Source of the DNA: Marsupella aquatica
Lineage: Eukaryota; Plantae; Marchantiophyta
Direction of reading: 5' to 3'
Length of the DNA: 64,000 nt
Assembly: GCA_973895155.1 (NCBI GenBank)
Contig: OZ316891.1
Coordinates: 1,355,324-1,419,323, forward strand
Each line of letters begins with the position of its first letter. The stretch's first letter is position 1. The notes beneath the pieces were generated by a model. It was not told where the DNA came from, did no database searches, and saw nothing but the letters and a program-made list of their open reading frames with translations. Both the position numbers and the translations under genes were made by a program. Positions 39,077-51,382 of this stretch are shown here, one piece after another.

Positions 39077-40732
39077 GGAACTCCGAATACTTACAAAATT
39101 GATAATGAGGTTCAATAAGATCAAAAATTTTAAATGAGGATGGACAAAATTGACATTGACTCTAAATAAAGATAAAACTGAAATAAGGATTGACAAAAAA
39201 CAAGGATGAGGCAAAAATTAACCAAAATAACATATAAATTTTATGATGCAAGATTTTTTTCATGTCTATGTAGGTTCAAGGAATGGGTCATGGGGCTAGT
39301 AGCTTTTCACATTGTAAAAGGAGCTCCCTGCACATGTGTGAATTGAACTACATACTCTTCAAGTTGAAAGCGCATCGGATAAGCCCCCTGTTCTGCTTGT
39401 TTGAGCATGACAAGATACACATATGGCACCCTCAATTGATTCTGAAGAGCATCCAAGCTACCATCTCACTAGGTCAATGTCGCAAAACAGGAGTAGTGTT
39501 ATGGAATATAATTTAATGTTTTATTTGTGTCAACTGATGTTCTGGTGAGGTACATCTGAACACCTTGCCAATATTCGTGTCTGTCCGGGCTTATCTTTCA
39601 TGAACTTTCCGTTAAAAACAACAACTTTCCCGTGTGCTTGTCATGTGATCCACGCTTAACACGGCTCGATGCTCTGCATCGGGAGGATCGAGACCGTAGA
39701 TTATAACGGCAGGAAAGTGATCGCCGGCGTTTCAATGTCGGAGATAAATCCCGGTGCCACATCGCCCCTCTGCCGTCTCCGCCCTCTCTGTCCTCATTGG
39801 CTCGGTGGGGCCAGGCGGGGCCAGGTGGGAGACGAGGGCCGGGCAAGGTCCGACACGACAGAGCCCTAAAGTCTTTCGTTCTCGTCCTCTGCATTCGTCA
39901 GGTTTTGTCTCCACGAGAAGATTGGAGAAGAGGAGCATTTGCAGGTTTTCTCCTCTGCGTCACGCGAAGAAATTTTCACTCGATTTTCGTTCTGAAAGAT
40001 GATGATGTGTGCAGCTCCTGCTCCTGCTGCTGGTGCGGGATGGGATTGATCGAGCAGCACGGAAAGAGCGCGCGTCCGGAAAGCTAAATGTCTCTCGGAA
40101 TCCGCCGAAGCTCGCGGTGGTGAAAGTTTGACGCAGTGGGTTGCGAAGAGGAAGGTGCGGGCTAAGGAGAAGAGTCGTCGACGATGGATTTAATTGTTGC
40201 TGAATTTCGGCCGCTGCTTGGAGCTATCGGGGAGCTACGTTCTTGGGACGATACTGGGTACTGCTACTCAGTCAGGAGGAGGTGATCGGGAGCCGAGGAG
40301 CGGGGAGGCAATTCAATTGACTCTATTTGTTTGGCCAGCGAGTGAGGTCTTGGGAGGAGGTTTTGTGATGATCGGGTGAAGAAGGAGAACGAGAAGAGGA
40401 AGCAGGGGAGGATGGACGGACGGCCGGCTTGTTTGGAGTGTAGTTGTGGAATTTTACTGCTTCGTCGCGCTACTGTAGGTTGACGATTGAGGAGGAAGCA
40501 GTGAACTAGTACTATTTGATTCGGCAGGTACCGATGATTGGACCGAGAATTGAGTGGAGGAGGTGGAGGACGCGGAGGAGAGAAGAGAGTTCAGACGACG
40601 AATTGCTGTGAGACATGGTGAAGGTAGACTTGTAGTATTACTTAGGGTGGTATTGGTTTTGAGGACTCGGTATCAAGGAACGGAAACAGTAACAGAGGAA
40701 CACACATATAGAGTGTTCCAGGGAGGGAGGGA

Positions 40733-41695
40733 ATGATTGCAGCGACCAGCAAGAGCCGCGGTTGGAGTAGTACTAGTAGTAGCAGTAGAGCGGGGAGGAG
40801 GATGCAGCAGCAAGAGGAGTTGGAGGATGATAATCTATCATGGCCCGAGGAGGTGTTGAAAGCCGTCTTCCCTCTGTTGGCAGGGCAGGATTTGGGAGCA
40901 TGCGTGTGCGTTTGTAAGCAGTGGAGGGATGTCGCCAGCGATGATTACCTCTGGAAGCAGCTTTGTGCCAGAAGATGGCCGTCTGTCCTCTGCACCAGCA
41001 GCACCAGCACCAGCAGCAGTAATTGGAGTGGTAGCAGTGGGGGTTCAACAGGGCCACAGCAGCAGCAGCAGCAGAAGAAGGGGCCGATGATGGCAGCAGG
41101 GGGAGCCTCACGGCCCTACTTCAGCTTGTTTTCCAGTTTCTGCAAACCGGCACGGAAGCAGAGGATGCCGTTACCGAAGTTGAGGTTTGAGGATTTGGAT
41201 TTTTACGTGGACATCTGGTGTGACTCGCAGCCCTTGTATTCCACCGTGGTGCATGGGCCGTTGGTGCTGTCCAGAATTCTGAACCCTCCCAAAGGAATAA
41301 GCCAGACGTTGCAGGATCATCTCATGAACGAGAGCTACAAGCTCACGGTGCCGGTGTCGCCGAGCTTTTCCGTGAAATTGGCGGAACCGCCCAAGGTGTC
41401 GATGCTGGTGCGGCGCCGGGACGACCAGCGGGTGGCATGCATCATGGATATGTCAAGTTTCGACTATTTGGACGGTCATGGGAATCTTGCTCACGCTTTC
41501 GAGTATCTTCAAATATCCCCGCTCTATCCCTTTGTGTCACCTATCAGAGCTTGGGTGGCTCTGCTTCTGCTGGACTCCGAGGAGAAGGAGGGACAGGAGG
41601 TTTTTGGAATTGAGCTGGATTTCGTCGATGCTGCCAACAGTGAGAGGGAGGTGCTCTGCTTGCTGGAAATCTTGGATTGGAAGTCCATCTCGTAA
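40733..41695 (+). CDS. Intronless F-box protein (At5g39250-like family)
   Basis: 320-aa ORF with F-box motif WPEEVLKAVFPLLAGQDLGACVCVCKQWRDVASDDYLWKQLCARRWPS, followed by PKLRFEDLDFYVDIW and C-terminal FGIELDFVDAANSEREVLCLLEILDWK. Confidence 0.9.
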   Translation: MIAATSKSRGWSSTSSSSRAGRRMQQQEELEDDNLSWPEEVLKAVFPLLAGQDLGACVCVCKQWRDVASDDYLWKQLCARRWPSVLCTSSTSTSSSNWSGSSGGSTGPQQQQQQKKGPMMAAGGASRPYFSLFSSFCKPARKQRMPLPKLRFEDLDFYVDIWCDSQPLYSTVVHGPLVLSRILNPPKGISQTLQDHLMNESYKLTVPVSPSFSVKLAEPPKVSMLVRRRDDQRVACIMDMSSFDYLDGHGNLAHAFEYLQISPLYPFVSPIRAWVALLLLDSEEKEGQEVFGIELDFVDAANSEREVLCLLEILDWKSIS

Positions 41696-42491
41696 TCGAG
41701 CTCAAAATCTCTAAATGGAGTGCTGGCCTTGAAGAGGAAGCCCATGTTTCTGGATGGAGAAGTCCTCTTGATTGGGATGCCCCTCCCGTGATGGAACTTA
41801 GAATGCCCGTTTGAGTTCCTCTTTGGGGCTTCTTATCTTTGGATGAATCCAAAATACCTGGATAAGTTCCTTTTCGAAGACGAAGTCTGTCTTATAATCG
41901 AGATTGAGGTCCTTCTGAAGAGGAGTCCCATCTTGGCATGGAGCTTGGAATCTCTGGATTATGTCCTCTTAAGAGGAAATCCTTCTCGTAATTGAGCGTA
42001 GGATTTCTGGACGAATGCTCTTCAAAATGAAGGTCAACAGGGAATTGAACTCGGAATCTCTGGGTGAGGAAGATCAAACGGCAAGGACATGCATGTGGCA
42101 CGGAAGCACGTTCTATGCAGTGACCATGCCGGGTTGGTCCCCTTGTTCACGCGAGCTCAGACGGGGATATTGAAGACGACGGTTTACATCCAACGGGAGC
42201 GATAATCAAAGTACGCAGAGATATTGCAGCTCTCGTCTCCCTTTCGGATCAGTTTGCCATGTACAGAAAATTGTTCGTTTTGTACGTAATGTTAAAATCG
42301 GTTTTAAGACATAAAAGTTCAAATGGTTGTGAATGGAGAATGTTATTTGCAATGGAAGACATGAATGTGAGCAGTGACTGGAGAGGTGTTTGAGATGTAT
42401 AGGGTTTTGCTTCTCGATCACAAGCTTGTCTAATGTTCTTGCCAGCTTTCGTTCTTGCTCTGAATTGGCCTTCGTGGGGTTGATTTTTTGA

Positions 42492-42995
42492 GTAATCCAT
42501 GAGTTGGATGAGTTTTGTCATCCTTTTGTGTTACCAGGCTGGTTGAGGTTAAATTACTTGTTAAAAAAGTACCGAGCGTTCAGCGGTAACTTCATGCCAA
42601 TTCATCACTTGCCTGACTTCCGCTGTCGCAATCCTATTGTCTATGCAGGAAAGAGAACTAATTCGTTAAGAGCTCAGAAACATCTTTCAAACCAAGTGTT
42701 TGAGGTTTTTCCAGCTTTCAACTTCACTTAGCTTGTGTTGGTAATCCATGAGTTGGATGAGTTTTGTCATCCTTTTGTGTTACCAGGCTGGTTGAGGTTA
42801 AATTACTTGTTAAAAAAGTACCGAGCGTTCTGCGGTAACTTCATGCCAATTCATCACTTGCCTGACTTCCGCTGTCGCAATCCTATTGTCTATGCAGGAA
42901 AGAGAACTAATTCGTTAAGAGCTCAGAAACATCTTTGAAACTACGTGTTTGAGGTTTTTCCAGCTTTCAACTTCACTTAGCTTGTGTTGGTAATC
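42492..42995. repeat. Near-perfect tandem duplication of a 249-bp unit
   Basis: Unit starts gtaatccatgagttggatgag at 42492 and 42741 with only a few mismatches. Microhomology gtaatc at the junctions (42492, 42741, 42990). Confidence 0.95.
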
Positions 42996-44260
42996 GTGCG
43001 GGCATGGTCCACACACGGAAACAACTATAGAGCTTCGTTAATGCCAGAGGAGTCCTCGGTATAGAATTGGATCACGGTTTTGGAGCGCTTGAGTGACCGC
43101 GGGACGAGCGTGAGGATTAGAAGTAAAGGAATATATCACCTTTAAGAATCTTTCAAAGAGAGTTGAATGAAGCTTTTCCGAAACATAAGCATCTAGAGCA
43201 CACTAAATGCACGGCCAGGGGACTGGTTCCACCAAGTAGTCAGCTAGTCTGAGTGGTAATTTCTTACACAACTGCTTAAAATGTCATCCTGAGTAGTGTC
43301 TTGACCAGCTAGGTGTCCCTTGCTTGCAAAGTGGGTCTTAAGTGGATTTACTCCACTTTTGTCTGGTGTTAACCCTACAAGGCTTTTGAGTCTCTACAAT
43401 GGAGCTGCAACACTTTTGTTCTGCAAACTAGCCAGCACGAGAGGATGATCAGACGAAAGAAATCCCAACACCAAGAAATACAGCGGTCGTCTATTGTTAT
43501 TGTTGGTTTATACCTACATGCTTCGAATGAGCAGAGCTACCAATCGGATTCCCTTTCAAAAGTGAGAACCACCATCATTGAATGTAAATGTGATTACTAA
43601 CAGAGACCTGCAACTACTGTAGTATTCTCAGTGTGGAAGGAGATGGATTGATAGTCACAAATGTGAGAAAGTCGAGGGCTCAGTAAGAGTAGAATTCCCA
43701 CTCCACTGCCAACGATATTGTCGACAGCTCAAGAGTTGAAGCTCAAGTGGACTGCTCCCAGCTTGTTCATTGGAAGCATCGTGGTGTACTACAATAGGAA
43801 AGCGTTCTGCAGGCAACAGGAGAAGACGGCAGCCGGAGCAATATCTAATCAAATGCCTTCACAACACTTTAGCCAGTTGCCAGTTTCTTGAGGAAGAGGA
43901 CTACGAGGTTAATGATATAGTTATTCCTTCTAGCACGCTTTCAGAAAGTTTGGCAGGCCTCACATTGTGAATGAGGGAGGGCATCATTTCTCACTGCCTC
44001 CCCCCACAAGGTCTTGAGCTCTAGGGGCCATGGGTATATTCAAGTTGAATGTATTTTACTCCCATTTGAGCGAACATCTACAAACCATACTCCATTACTG
44101 CCACATTACCTTTAGCGCCCTCATTTTCCACCAAAATATTGTGGAAGTTCAATTGTGATGAGTGTAGGGATCGTTCACTGCCAAAGAGCACGAGGGCAGG
44201 AGACCCAACCAAGGGAGGAAAACAAACGAAAAACACCTGAAAACGAAGTATTTGGCGACG

Positions 44261-44266
44261 AAAAAA
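44261..44266 (-). terminator. Pol III oligo-T terminator of tRNA-Leu
   Basis: T6 run immediately 3' of the tRNA on the minus strand. Confidence 0.75.
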
Positions 44267-44267
44267 T

Positions 44268-44348
44268 TGTCAACAGTGGGATTCGAACCCACGCCCTTTC
44301 GGACCAGTACCTGAAACTGGCGCCTTAGACCAACTCGGCCATATTGAC
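44268..44348 (-). tRNA. trnL-CAG: tRNA-Leu(CAG)
   Basis: GTCAATATGGCCGAGTTGGTCTAAGGCGCCAGTTTCAGGTACTGGTCCGAAAGGGCGTGGGTTCGAATCCCACTGTTGACA. It has an acceptor stem, A-box, anticodon loop TT-CAG-GT, long variable arm and GTTCGAATCC B-box. Confidence 0.96.
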
Positions 44349-47300
44349 TGTATGTCAATGCAATTGACACGTAAAATTACATATAGATTAGATTTTCTTA
44401 AAACTCTGGATAATGTACATGACCTGGGAAACTTCTTTCTGTTTGTATTTGTTAATATGCTGAACCCTGCGGTTCAGTTCCATCGACTCCAAGAATATTG
44501 TATCAGCGTGATGTATTCCCTAGATGCTTATGGTAGATTCTGTTTGTCACGGGAAAAGTTGCATATTCTGGTCACGTATTCTGGTCATACTGGGCCTGTC
44601 GTCGTTCAGGACTCTTATCGATCTCTCAGGTAGCAAAGATTGATTATAAGATTTCAATTGAGAATCAACTGAGGCTAATTTGCACAGTTTGTCAGCCCAG
44701 GTTAGTAACTTTGTGCAAGTCCGGGGTGTTTTATTCGGCATAATCAGTGTCGTTGATGACAGGGGGCAATCGTCGTCCCCTGTTTAAGCTGTACTTCACA
44801 AATTGTCTGTTCAGTCTGTGATGGTTACATATGCCATTACTTCTCTATAATCATACTCTAACTCTTTTGTCATCCTGTGAATGAGACCAGATTTACAGTT
44901 TACAGAAGGCATCGTATTTTTCAGGTTGGTCTGAACTAAGGTCAGCAAATGGTAGTTCACGTGCTTACGAAATACTGGACATGGAGGAAATTGTGTTTCA
45001 TTGAACATTTGGCGAGAATGTTGAACAAGCAGGCAATCCAATCGGACCCTAAACTCCAGGCTAACTGACATTTGACGCTCAAATGTAAGTTTCTTTGGTT
45101 TCATTTTGGATTTGTCCTGATCGAGCTGTCAGTCCAACCACAAAGCCTACTTGGAAAGCCAGGCAGAGGAATCGATCGGCTGCATAACTAGAAGTTTGAT
45201 CAGATACGAAATCGAATTTGAGTATCACGAAGAAAAAACCAAGAAACTCGAACAATCAATTTTGAGATTAAGTGGTGCAAATTTCAAGATTCTTCGAATA
45301 CATATGATTTAAGTCTACCGTCATCTTCATTGTACCGGATAGCACTTGAGAGAATAGAATTCGACAGTTATTGAGCAGAGTCCAGTGTCACTACGGATAA
45401 AACTTGAGAGTGAGATGCGACCCTATGACCTATCCAAGGTCGGATAACAAGAAACATTGGACAAGAAGCCCCAGCCCTGAGGAGTCCTGATTGTCTTATT
45501 ACGGTGCAAGCTGCAACAGATTGATGCACAGATTGTCCAATTACTATCCAAGTTGGGGCAACACTGTTGGAAAGATCAAATGGACAAAATATGAATTACA
45601 TACAGAATTCTCCAAAACAAGTAGAATTGAGCAGCTACATGCGAGGAAATGGCTGGAAAAATGTTGAACATTTTTGTTAACGAGGATAGATTATCCTTGA
45701 ACGAGGCCGATCTTAGCACAGGTCAGCAGGAATAAAAATGAAATCCCTCGAAGAGTGTAGTGCCGGCACAATCATCTTGATCTGCACAGCACGACTTTAG
45801 ATTGAGCTACCAGAAAGAATTAGTTGATCGCTTGCTTCTTTGGTAAATCCTTAAGGCTGGACCAATTGAAGTGATTTACAGCGATCCTTCACTGAATATT
45901 TCTTTACAGAAACAAATCTGATGTACCTATTTGCTGGAGATCGTCTAGCAATTAGACTCAGTCTCCCAAGGACATTTCTGACCCTATTTCTGATAAGTCG
46001 AATTGGCGAGTCAGAAATGTAAACCACCACATTCTGATGGTGCTCACACATAGGAGGGTACAATGTGTTTAACATATTCTAGTTGGCACTGGCAATTCTG
46101 CCCAAACTGGATACTTTCTTGAAATGGTAACAATGTTCCTAATTGCTAGAAAATCTCCCGCAGACAACTCCATCAGAATCAGACTAGATGTGTTGGATCC
46201 TCCTTCTCGAACAAATTTTCTATCAGGTGTCTGACCACGAAGAATGGAATTGTGCTGGAGGTGAGTTTGCCAACGACAAAATATTCAAATTATATACCAT
46301 CGGTTTGGATACAAGAGTCCCAAGGAAATAAGAAATGATTCACAGGTGAAATATAGTAGTTATAAACACTCAGGAAATACCCTCGCTGAAACGAAGCCCG
46401 GTGATTCTTGGCGTAGTTACTGTTACCTATTTATTCTTTTTAATGCCGCATTCCCAAATTCCGGCGCAACCAAAAACTTGTGATAAGTTGAGTGCAACAT
46501 ATCAGCCGTCTGAGGCTGTCCTGAAAGAACAGAATAACATAAGTTGATGGGAACTGAGGTGTAGAATTTGCTCGAGAGTGTGTTGGCAGCAAATCTGGAA
46601 ATATTCGCGCCATTCAATGGAGATAAAGAATCTCTCCCGAAGAGAACTATCTAAAATTGGGAAACAGAACTACCTCCAAGTCTACAGGGTGCCGGAATAC
46701 GACTGTAGGCCACAGTCGACTGGCTTCGAGACGTGGACTCTGTCAGCTTGCAACCTACAAATCGCTGGTTATTAACAAGACAACGGGATGTTGAATTCTA
46801 AAGTCCCGGTCGAGATGCTTTTCTTCACCCAGATAGAAGATTTGGAGCATATCAAGCTCGTAAACTGCACTGGGCTCACGCACTGAATTCAATCTAAAAT
46901 TACTGTCTCATGCGGTGCAAGTCTAATAGTCCACATTCTCTGGCTTCTTTTGAGCGTATCCAAGAGCCAGAAAATGGGAAGTCGTAGCAATCTCGCCCTG
47001 CTCTGTCGTCCGCTCTCACAGAAGAGCGCTGAAATTTGCTTCTCCAATTTGAAAAAACAATCATGGCAGAGAACAGGTGACATTGGCCAGTCCAAATCAA
47101 TACATGGCTGTTACATTCGTCAGAGTGGAAACCAGACAACTACGAGGATTGGAAAAAGGCAACAAGCCCAAGACGAAGACTGGCAAAATGACAAGTCTTA
47201 CGAGATCTCCATCCCAACTTTTGTTCTCCAAACCTTTGAAGCTCGGATGGGATCACAAAATGCTCTTTGTATGAAAGTTAATCTTTTAACTCTAAATCTA

Positions 47301-47570
47301 TATTATACTATCATGCTGTTTAAATGCATGTTTTGTAGATGGTAAGCTTAAAAACTCCTATTCTAACAAAACTTTTGGGATGGAGAATCAGAACTTTGAG
47401 CTCCAAAGACCAGAGCTGCATTATATGTCGAGCCCAACCCGGAGACACGATCCCATAGGCAGGAGACCCAAAGACCAGAGATGCAGTCCTACATGAAATG
47501 CAATTAATTGGTGTTACTTCAAGCCTGTGTGTCGAGAATGTTTTCCCAATTGTGACCTTCGGGAGAACCC

Positions 47571-48830
47571 TTAGCGGCAAGGAGGCTCTAAAGTGTCTGA
47601 AGGTTCTTCATCATCAGATGTGCCCGAATCTGGATCACTCAATTTTGTTTCAAAAACGATCTCATCTCTTCCTAAAAACACCCATCGAATGCCCCTGCCA
47701 TTGTAGTAGTACAGATCTACAAATGCCTCAAACTTGTCACAACAATGCCATACACAAGCCCGCACCAAAATGTCGTTGAGGTCAAGCTCTAATCTAGGCC
47801 GCCACCACATTAGACAACACTTGTGGTCCTTCTGAGAGGGGAACAGGCCATTCCAGGGGCCCCGAATGATCAAGTCCCCTCTTTGAGGTATGCATTGTAG
47901 ATCACATGTGTTGGGTTTGATAGCTGTCCTATATCTAACAGGCACTATTTTGTAGTTAGATTGGATCTTGTTACATGGATCTTCCAAGTAACCATATGTA
48001 TCCAATGCTCCTTTCAAGTTCCACTGGTGGTCTGTATTCAGGAGAAATAGCTTAATTCGCTTGCGTGTTCGCAATGTGCAATCTCTAAACTTGAGTATCC
48101 GCAACACCATTAGGCCTCCATCCATCTCAAGTCCATAGGAATTATTTACAAATCCAACATATCCTTTGGGATCCAAGTTTCGCAGAAAAATGGTATTTAT
48201 ACACGGTTTGACATAAATGTCTCCTCGACGTGGCCTGAATCTTGGAAGTATATCTCCAACATTCTTACCCTGGGGTCGTCGAGGATGCTTGCAAGTGTAA
48301 ATTTTTCTCCCAGGGAAAAGTAAGCTCCCTCCTACCTCAGCGAGCTTGCCTGCACGTCTATGGTTCGATGCCTTTCCTGCTTGTAGCACCCAGTCCCTAT
48401 TGAAGGTGCAAAGTCCTTGCTCATGATCTCTTAAGCATGGGTGTGATGCCCAAGTACTTCCTATTTTATCCAAGCTTCTACTTTCCTTTCCACTTGGGTT
48501 TACATGAGGAGGCCAACAAGGTCTCCAGATTTCTCGAGGAGTGCACCCTGAAGGTTGTGGACCTTCATTGGGCAAGCAAGGACGATAGTAAGAGTCATTC
48601 AACTTTGTCCCCACTACGTCTTGAGTGACATGCCTGGCTAACGGGTCCTTGCAATTTCCAAATACAAAGTTGGTGTCCAAGGTGGGTGGAGGTGGTTCAT
48701 ATGGCAAGGGAGCCACATTCAACTCTGCATGCTTCCAATTGTTATTGATGGTAACATCAACTATGTACTTATTAGCATCAATTTTCTTATCTAGATCCAT
48801 CCCTTGGCAGGCTGAAACTTTGGATTGCAA
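47571..48830 (-). CDS. Uncharacterised 419-codon open reading frame, possibly transposon- or virus-derived; true start uncertain
   Basis: 1.26-kb uninterrupted ORF in otherwise stop-rich DNA with no recognisable domain. It starts at TTG or a downstream ATG and may have upstream spliced exons near 48970-49010. Confidence 0.45.
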   Translation of the reverse strand: MQSKVSACQGMDLDKKIDANKYIVDVTINNNWKHAELNVAPLPYEPPPPTLDTNFVFGNCKDPLARHVTQDVVGTKLNDSYYRPCLPNEGPQPSGCTPREIWRPCWPPHVNPSGKESRSLDKIGSTWASHPCLRDHEQGLCTFNRDWVLQAGKASNHRRAGKLAEVGGSLLFPGRKIYTCKHPRRPQGKNVGDILPRFRPRRGDIYVKPCINTIFLRNLDPKGYVGFVNNSYGLEMDGGLMVLRILKFRDCTLRTRKRIKLFLLNTDHQWNLKGALDTYGYLEDPCNKIQSNYKIVPVRYRTAIKPNTCDLQCIPQRGDLIIRGPWNGLFPSQKDHKCCLMWWRPRLELDLNDILVRACVWHCCDKFEAFVDLYYYNGRGIRWVFLGRDEIVFETKLSDPDSGTSDDEEPSDTLEPPCR

Positions 48831-49905
48831 TTCCTTTCAAACCAAAGCAAACAATAAGACCTCCATAGCTCTCTCCAAATTGATTTGGTCACCTTGAGCA
48901 AATAGTGGTCATGTACACAATAAAGAATTGCCATGCTAGAGTTATCATGCTAACATATGCAAAGAGGTGACTCACTTGGTCAGGCTCCATCTACATAGAA
49001 GAGTCTCATGATTCATATTCAATCTGTTTCTTTTTTTCAAAATCATGATTGAACAATATGCCCCTAAACCCAGAAATTGTTGAATATGCAAGACTTTGGA
49101 TGTTGTGCACAAGTTCAAATTGTAATCCACTATGAAAAGGCACAACCTTTCCTTAAAAATGCATACCTTTTGAAACTATCACATTGAGTTGCCATTTGCA
49201 TCTTCTTATCTAAAAATGGATTAAATTGTTGTGGAATGTGTTCAAAGCATTTTGGGTTGACTCAATAATGCTTCCAAAATATACAGGTCAGGCGCGCATC
49301 TCAAATTATAGGTGCATTGTGAAACTGTAGATATGGATCACATTTATTATACTAGCAGGGCAAGAGTTACAAAGATATTCAAAGCTACGGACATTTTGTG
49401 GAGGCACTGCAGATTGTGTTTTATTCAAGATAGGCTTATGTTTGGGGTATACTTAGATCTATTTGTACAAGGCCATGATGAAAAATAGTTGGAAGCAGGG
49501 TTTTGTGTCTAATGTGCCTTTTCATGGGGCTCTTGTTTTGCTTTTATTCCCACAAAATGAACCAAATTAGTCTAATGTACCTTTTAAGCAACAGCTTCAT
49601 CAACTATTGACACAACCAACCTTATTTCTTAGGTTAGTTCTTAGGTTATTTCTGAGTTTCACAATCTCCCCAAAATATCTTGTTATACAGCATTTTAAGT
49701 ACTTTGCCACTAAAAGATGTTCTAATTGACACTATTGCCACCATTGTTTTTACATTTACTAATATGCCACGGTTTTGTATATGGATGTATATGGATGACA
49801 AGTTCACCAACACAACCAGGAAAACTAGATCAAAAACTGTGGCATATTAGTTTGTAAATATAATGAAAACAATGTTATTGTAAACTCAAACATCTTTAGT
49901 GACAA

Positions 49906-50051
49906 AAGCTGTTTTCTTAGAAGTGGCACAATATTTCCTAAATAATTATTTCCGGTTTGTGCAAACCCAGATGGCACTAAGCTGTTTCTTAGAAGTGGCA
50001 CAATATTTCCTAAATAATTATTTCCTGTTTGTGCAAACCCAGATGGCACTA
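49906..50051. repeat. Tandem duplication, ~73-bp unit x2
   Basis: aagctgttt(t)cttagaagtggcacaatatttcctaaataattatttcc.gtttgtgcaaacccagatggcacta occurs twice. Confidence 0.95.
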
Positions 50052-51382
50052 CTGCGTCCCTTCTCCCAAGACAAGACTATTGTAGACGAGAGAGCTTCGG
50101 ACGAGCTTCATTTAGACTTTCAACGCTGAATTGATGTGAGTCTTGATTTCGCGAAACTAAGGTGTCATTCGCGAATTGAGCCGAAGAATCGGTTCTTCAG
50201 TTTGGAGGACTTTCGCATGCCTTGAATCCGAGTATATGACTACGAATTCATCACGAGACATACTGTTGCTCCTCTTTCCAGTGAAGGATTACATGAAGGT
50301 TGAGGCTTGGTTATGCATGCTTCATTCTTGGAAGGAGGTGGTGCATGAGTCGTACTAATTGTTCACAGGAATCGATGGTGTAACAGTTGTTCCAAGAATC
50401 GGCAGTCGGAATGCGCTTCTCGATCGAGTATAGTGTTATTGATCATGCATAGCTCGATTCAGTTTTTCCGGTGGAGTTCTTGATTGTCATTCGGCCGACG
50501 ATTGGGAACCGTAAAGCTTCACGTTCTGTGTTGATCATCTTCCACGTTCTCTTGCTAGCTTCTTGGTCCCACGTTGCCGATTCAGACATTGAACGATATT
50601 GACTCTTCGAGTGCGCTCACGGTTGATCCTGTGTGGAGAAAGAGTACTGTCTCTTGCTTGATGACAAGTAAAAACACGATTGAAAGCACCGGCCCCTCGG
50701 AAGCCTTCAAACCTTTAAAAGTAACCGACCGCTGGGGACTGTAAATCGTTCAGCAGTCAGGATTCTGTCCGTAATCTTCTACTTTCATGCCGATCAGCGT
50801 CGGCGTGGATGGAGGAATCGAAAATGGCGAAAATGAGCCATACAAGGTTTCCAGAAAGATGATTTAATGCGGCTGATATTTGTCATAGCCTGTCCAACGG
50901 TCCATAGCTAGTAGGCCTGCCCCTTCGATTCAATCATGCGCTAGATTCCAGTCCTTTAGGCTTCGCCAACACAACTGTATAATGATTTACTAGTAAGGAG
51001 AATTGGCGGAAGGCGAGAATTCGAGATGCCGACCGGGATGCCGACAGAACTTGAAAGTACAAACATGTTGCTCTTTAGGAGGGAGTGAGGACGGACAGTA
51101 TGCAGCGTGAAGTGATTTTCAGCAATAACGAAAAACCGGATAGGACTGTGCAACTCTATGAAAGAGTGCTTGATCTTTGATGGAGGTCCGTATTTTGACT
51201 AAGTTGTAATCGCCATCGGTTTTGAGACTTTGAGCATACTTGTCAAGACGACGAAACTTTCAAGACTGGTGGACTCTTGTTGATCTATCTCCGGGAAAGT
51301 GGTGTACTTATCTCCAGGGTTGGCGATTATTACTCATCATTCAAGACGACCACACCTGTTCATCGAACAAGTGGTGGACAGC

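Noticed and set aside
42504-42938. Two near-identical short ORFs
   Set aside because: By-products of the 249-bp tandem duplication, with non-ATG starts and no domain.
51299-51382. N-terminal extension of U2AF35 paralog 1 in the ORF track
   Set aside because: It uses a non-ATG start. The conserved protein starts at [10 protein letters not shown] (51383).
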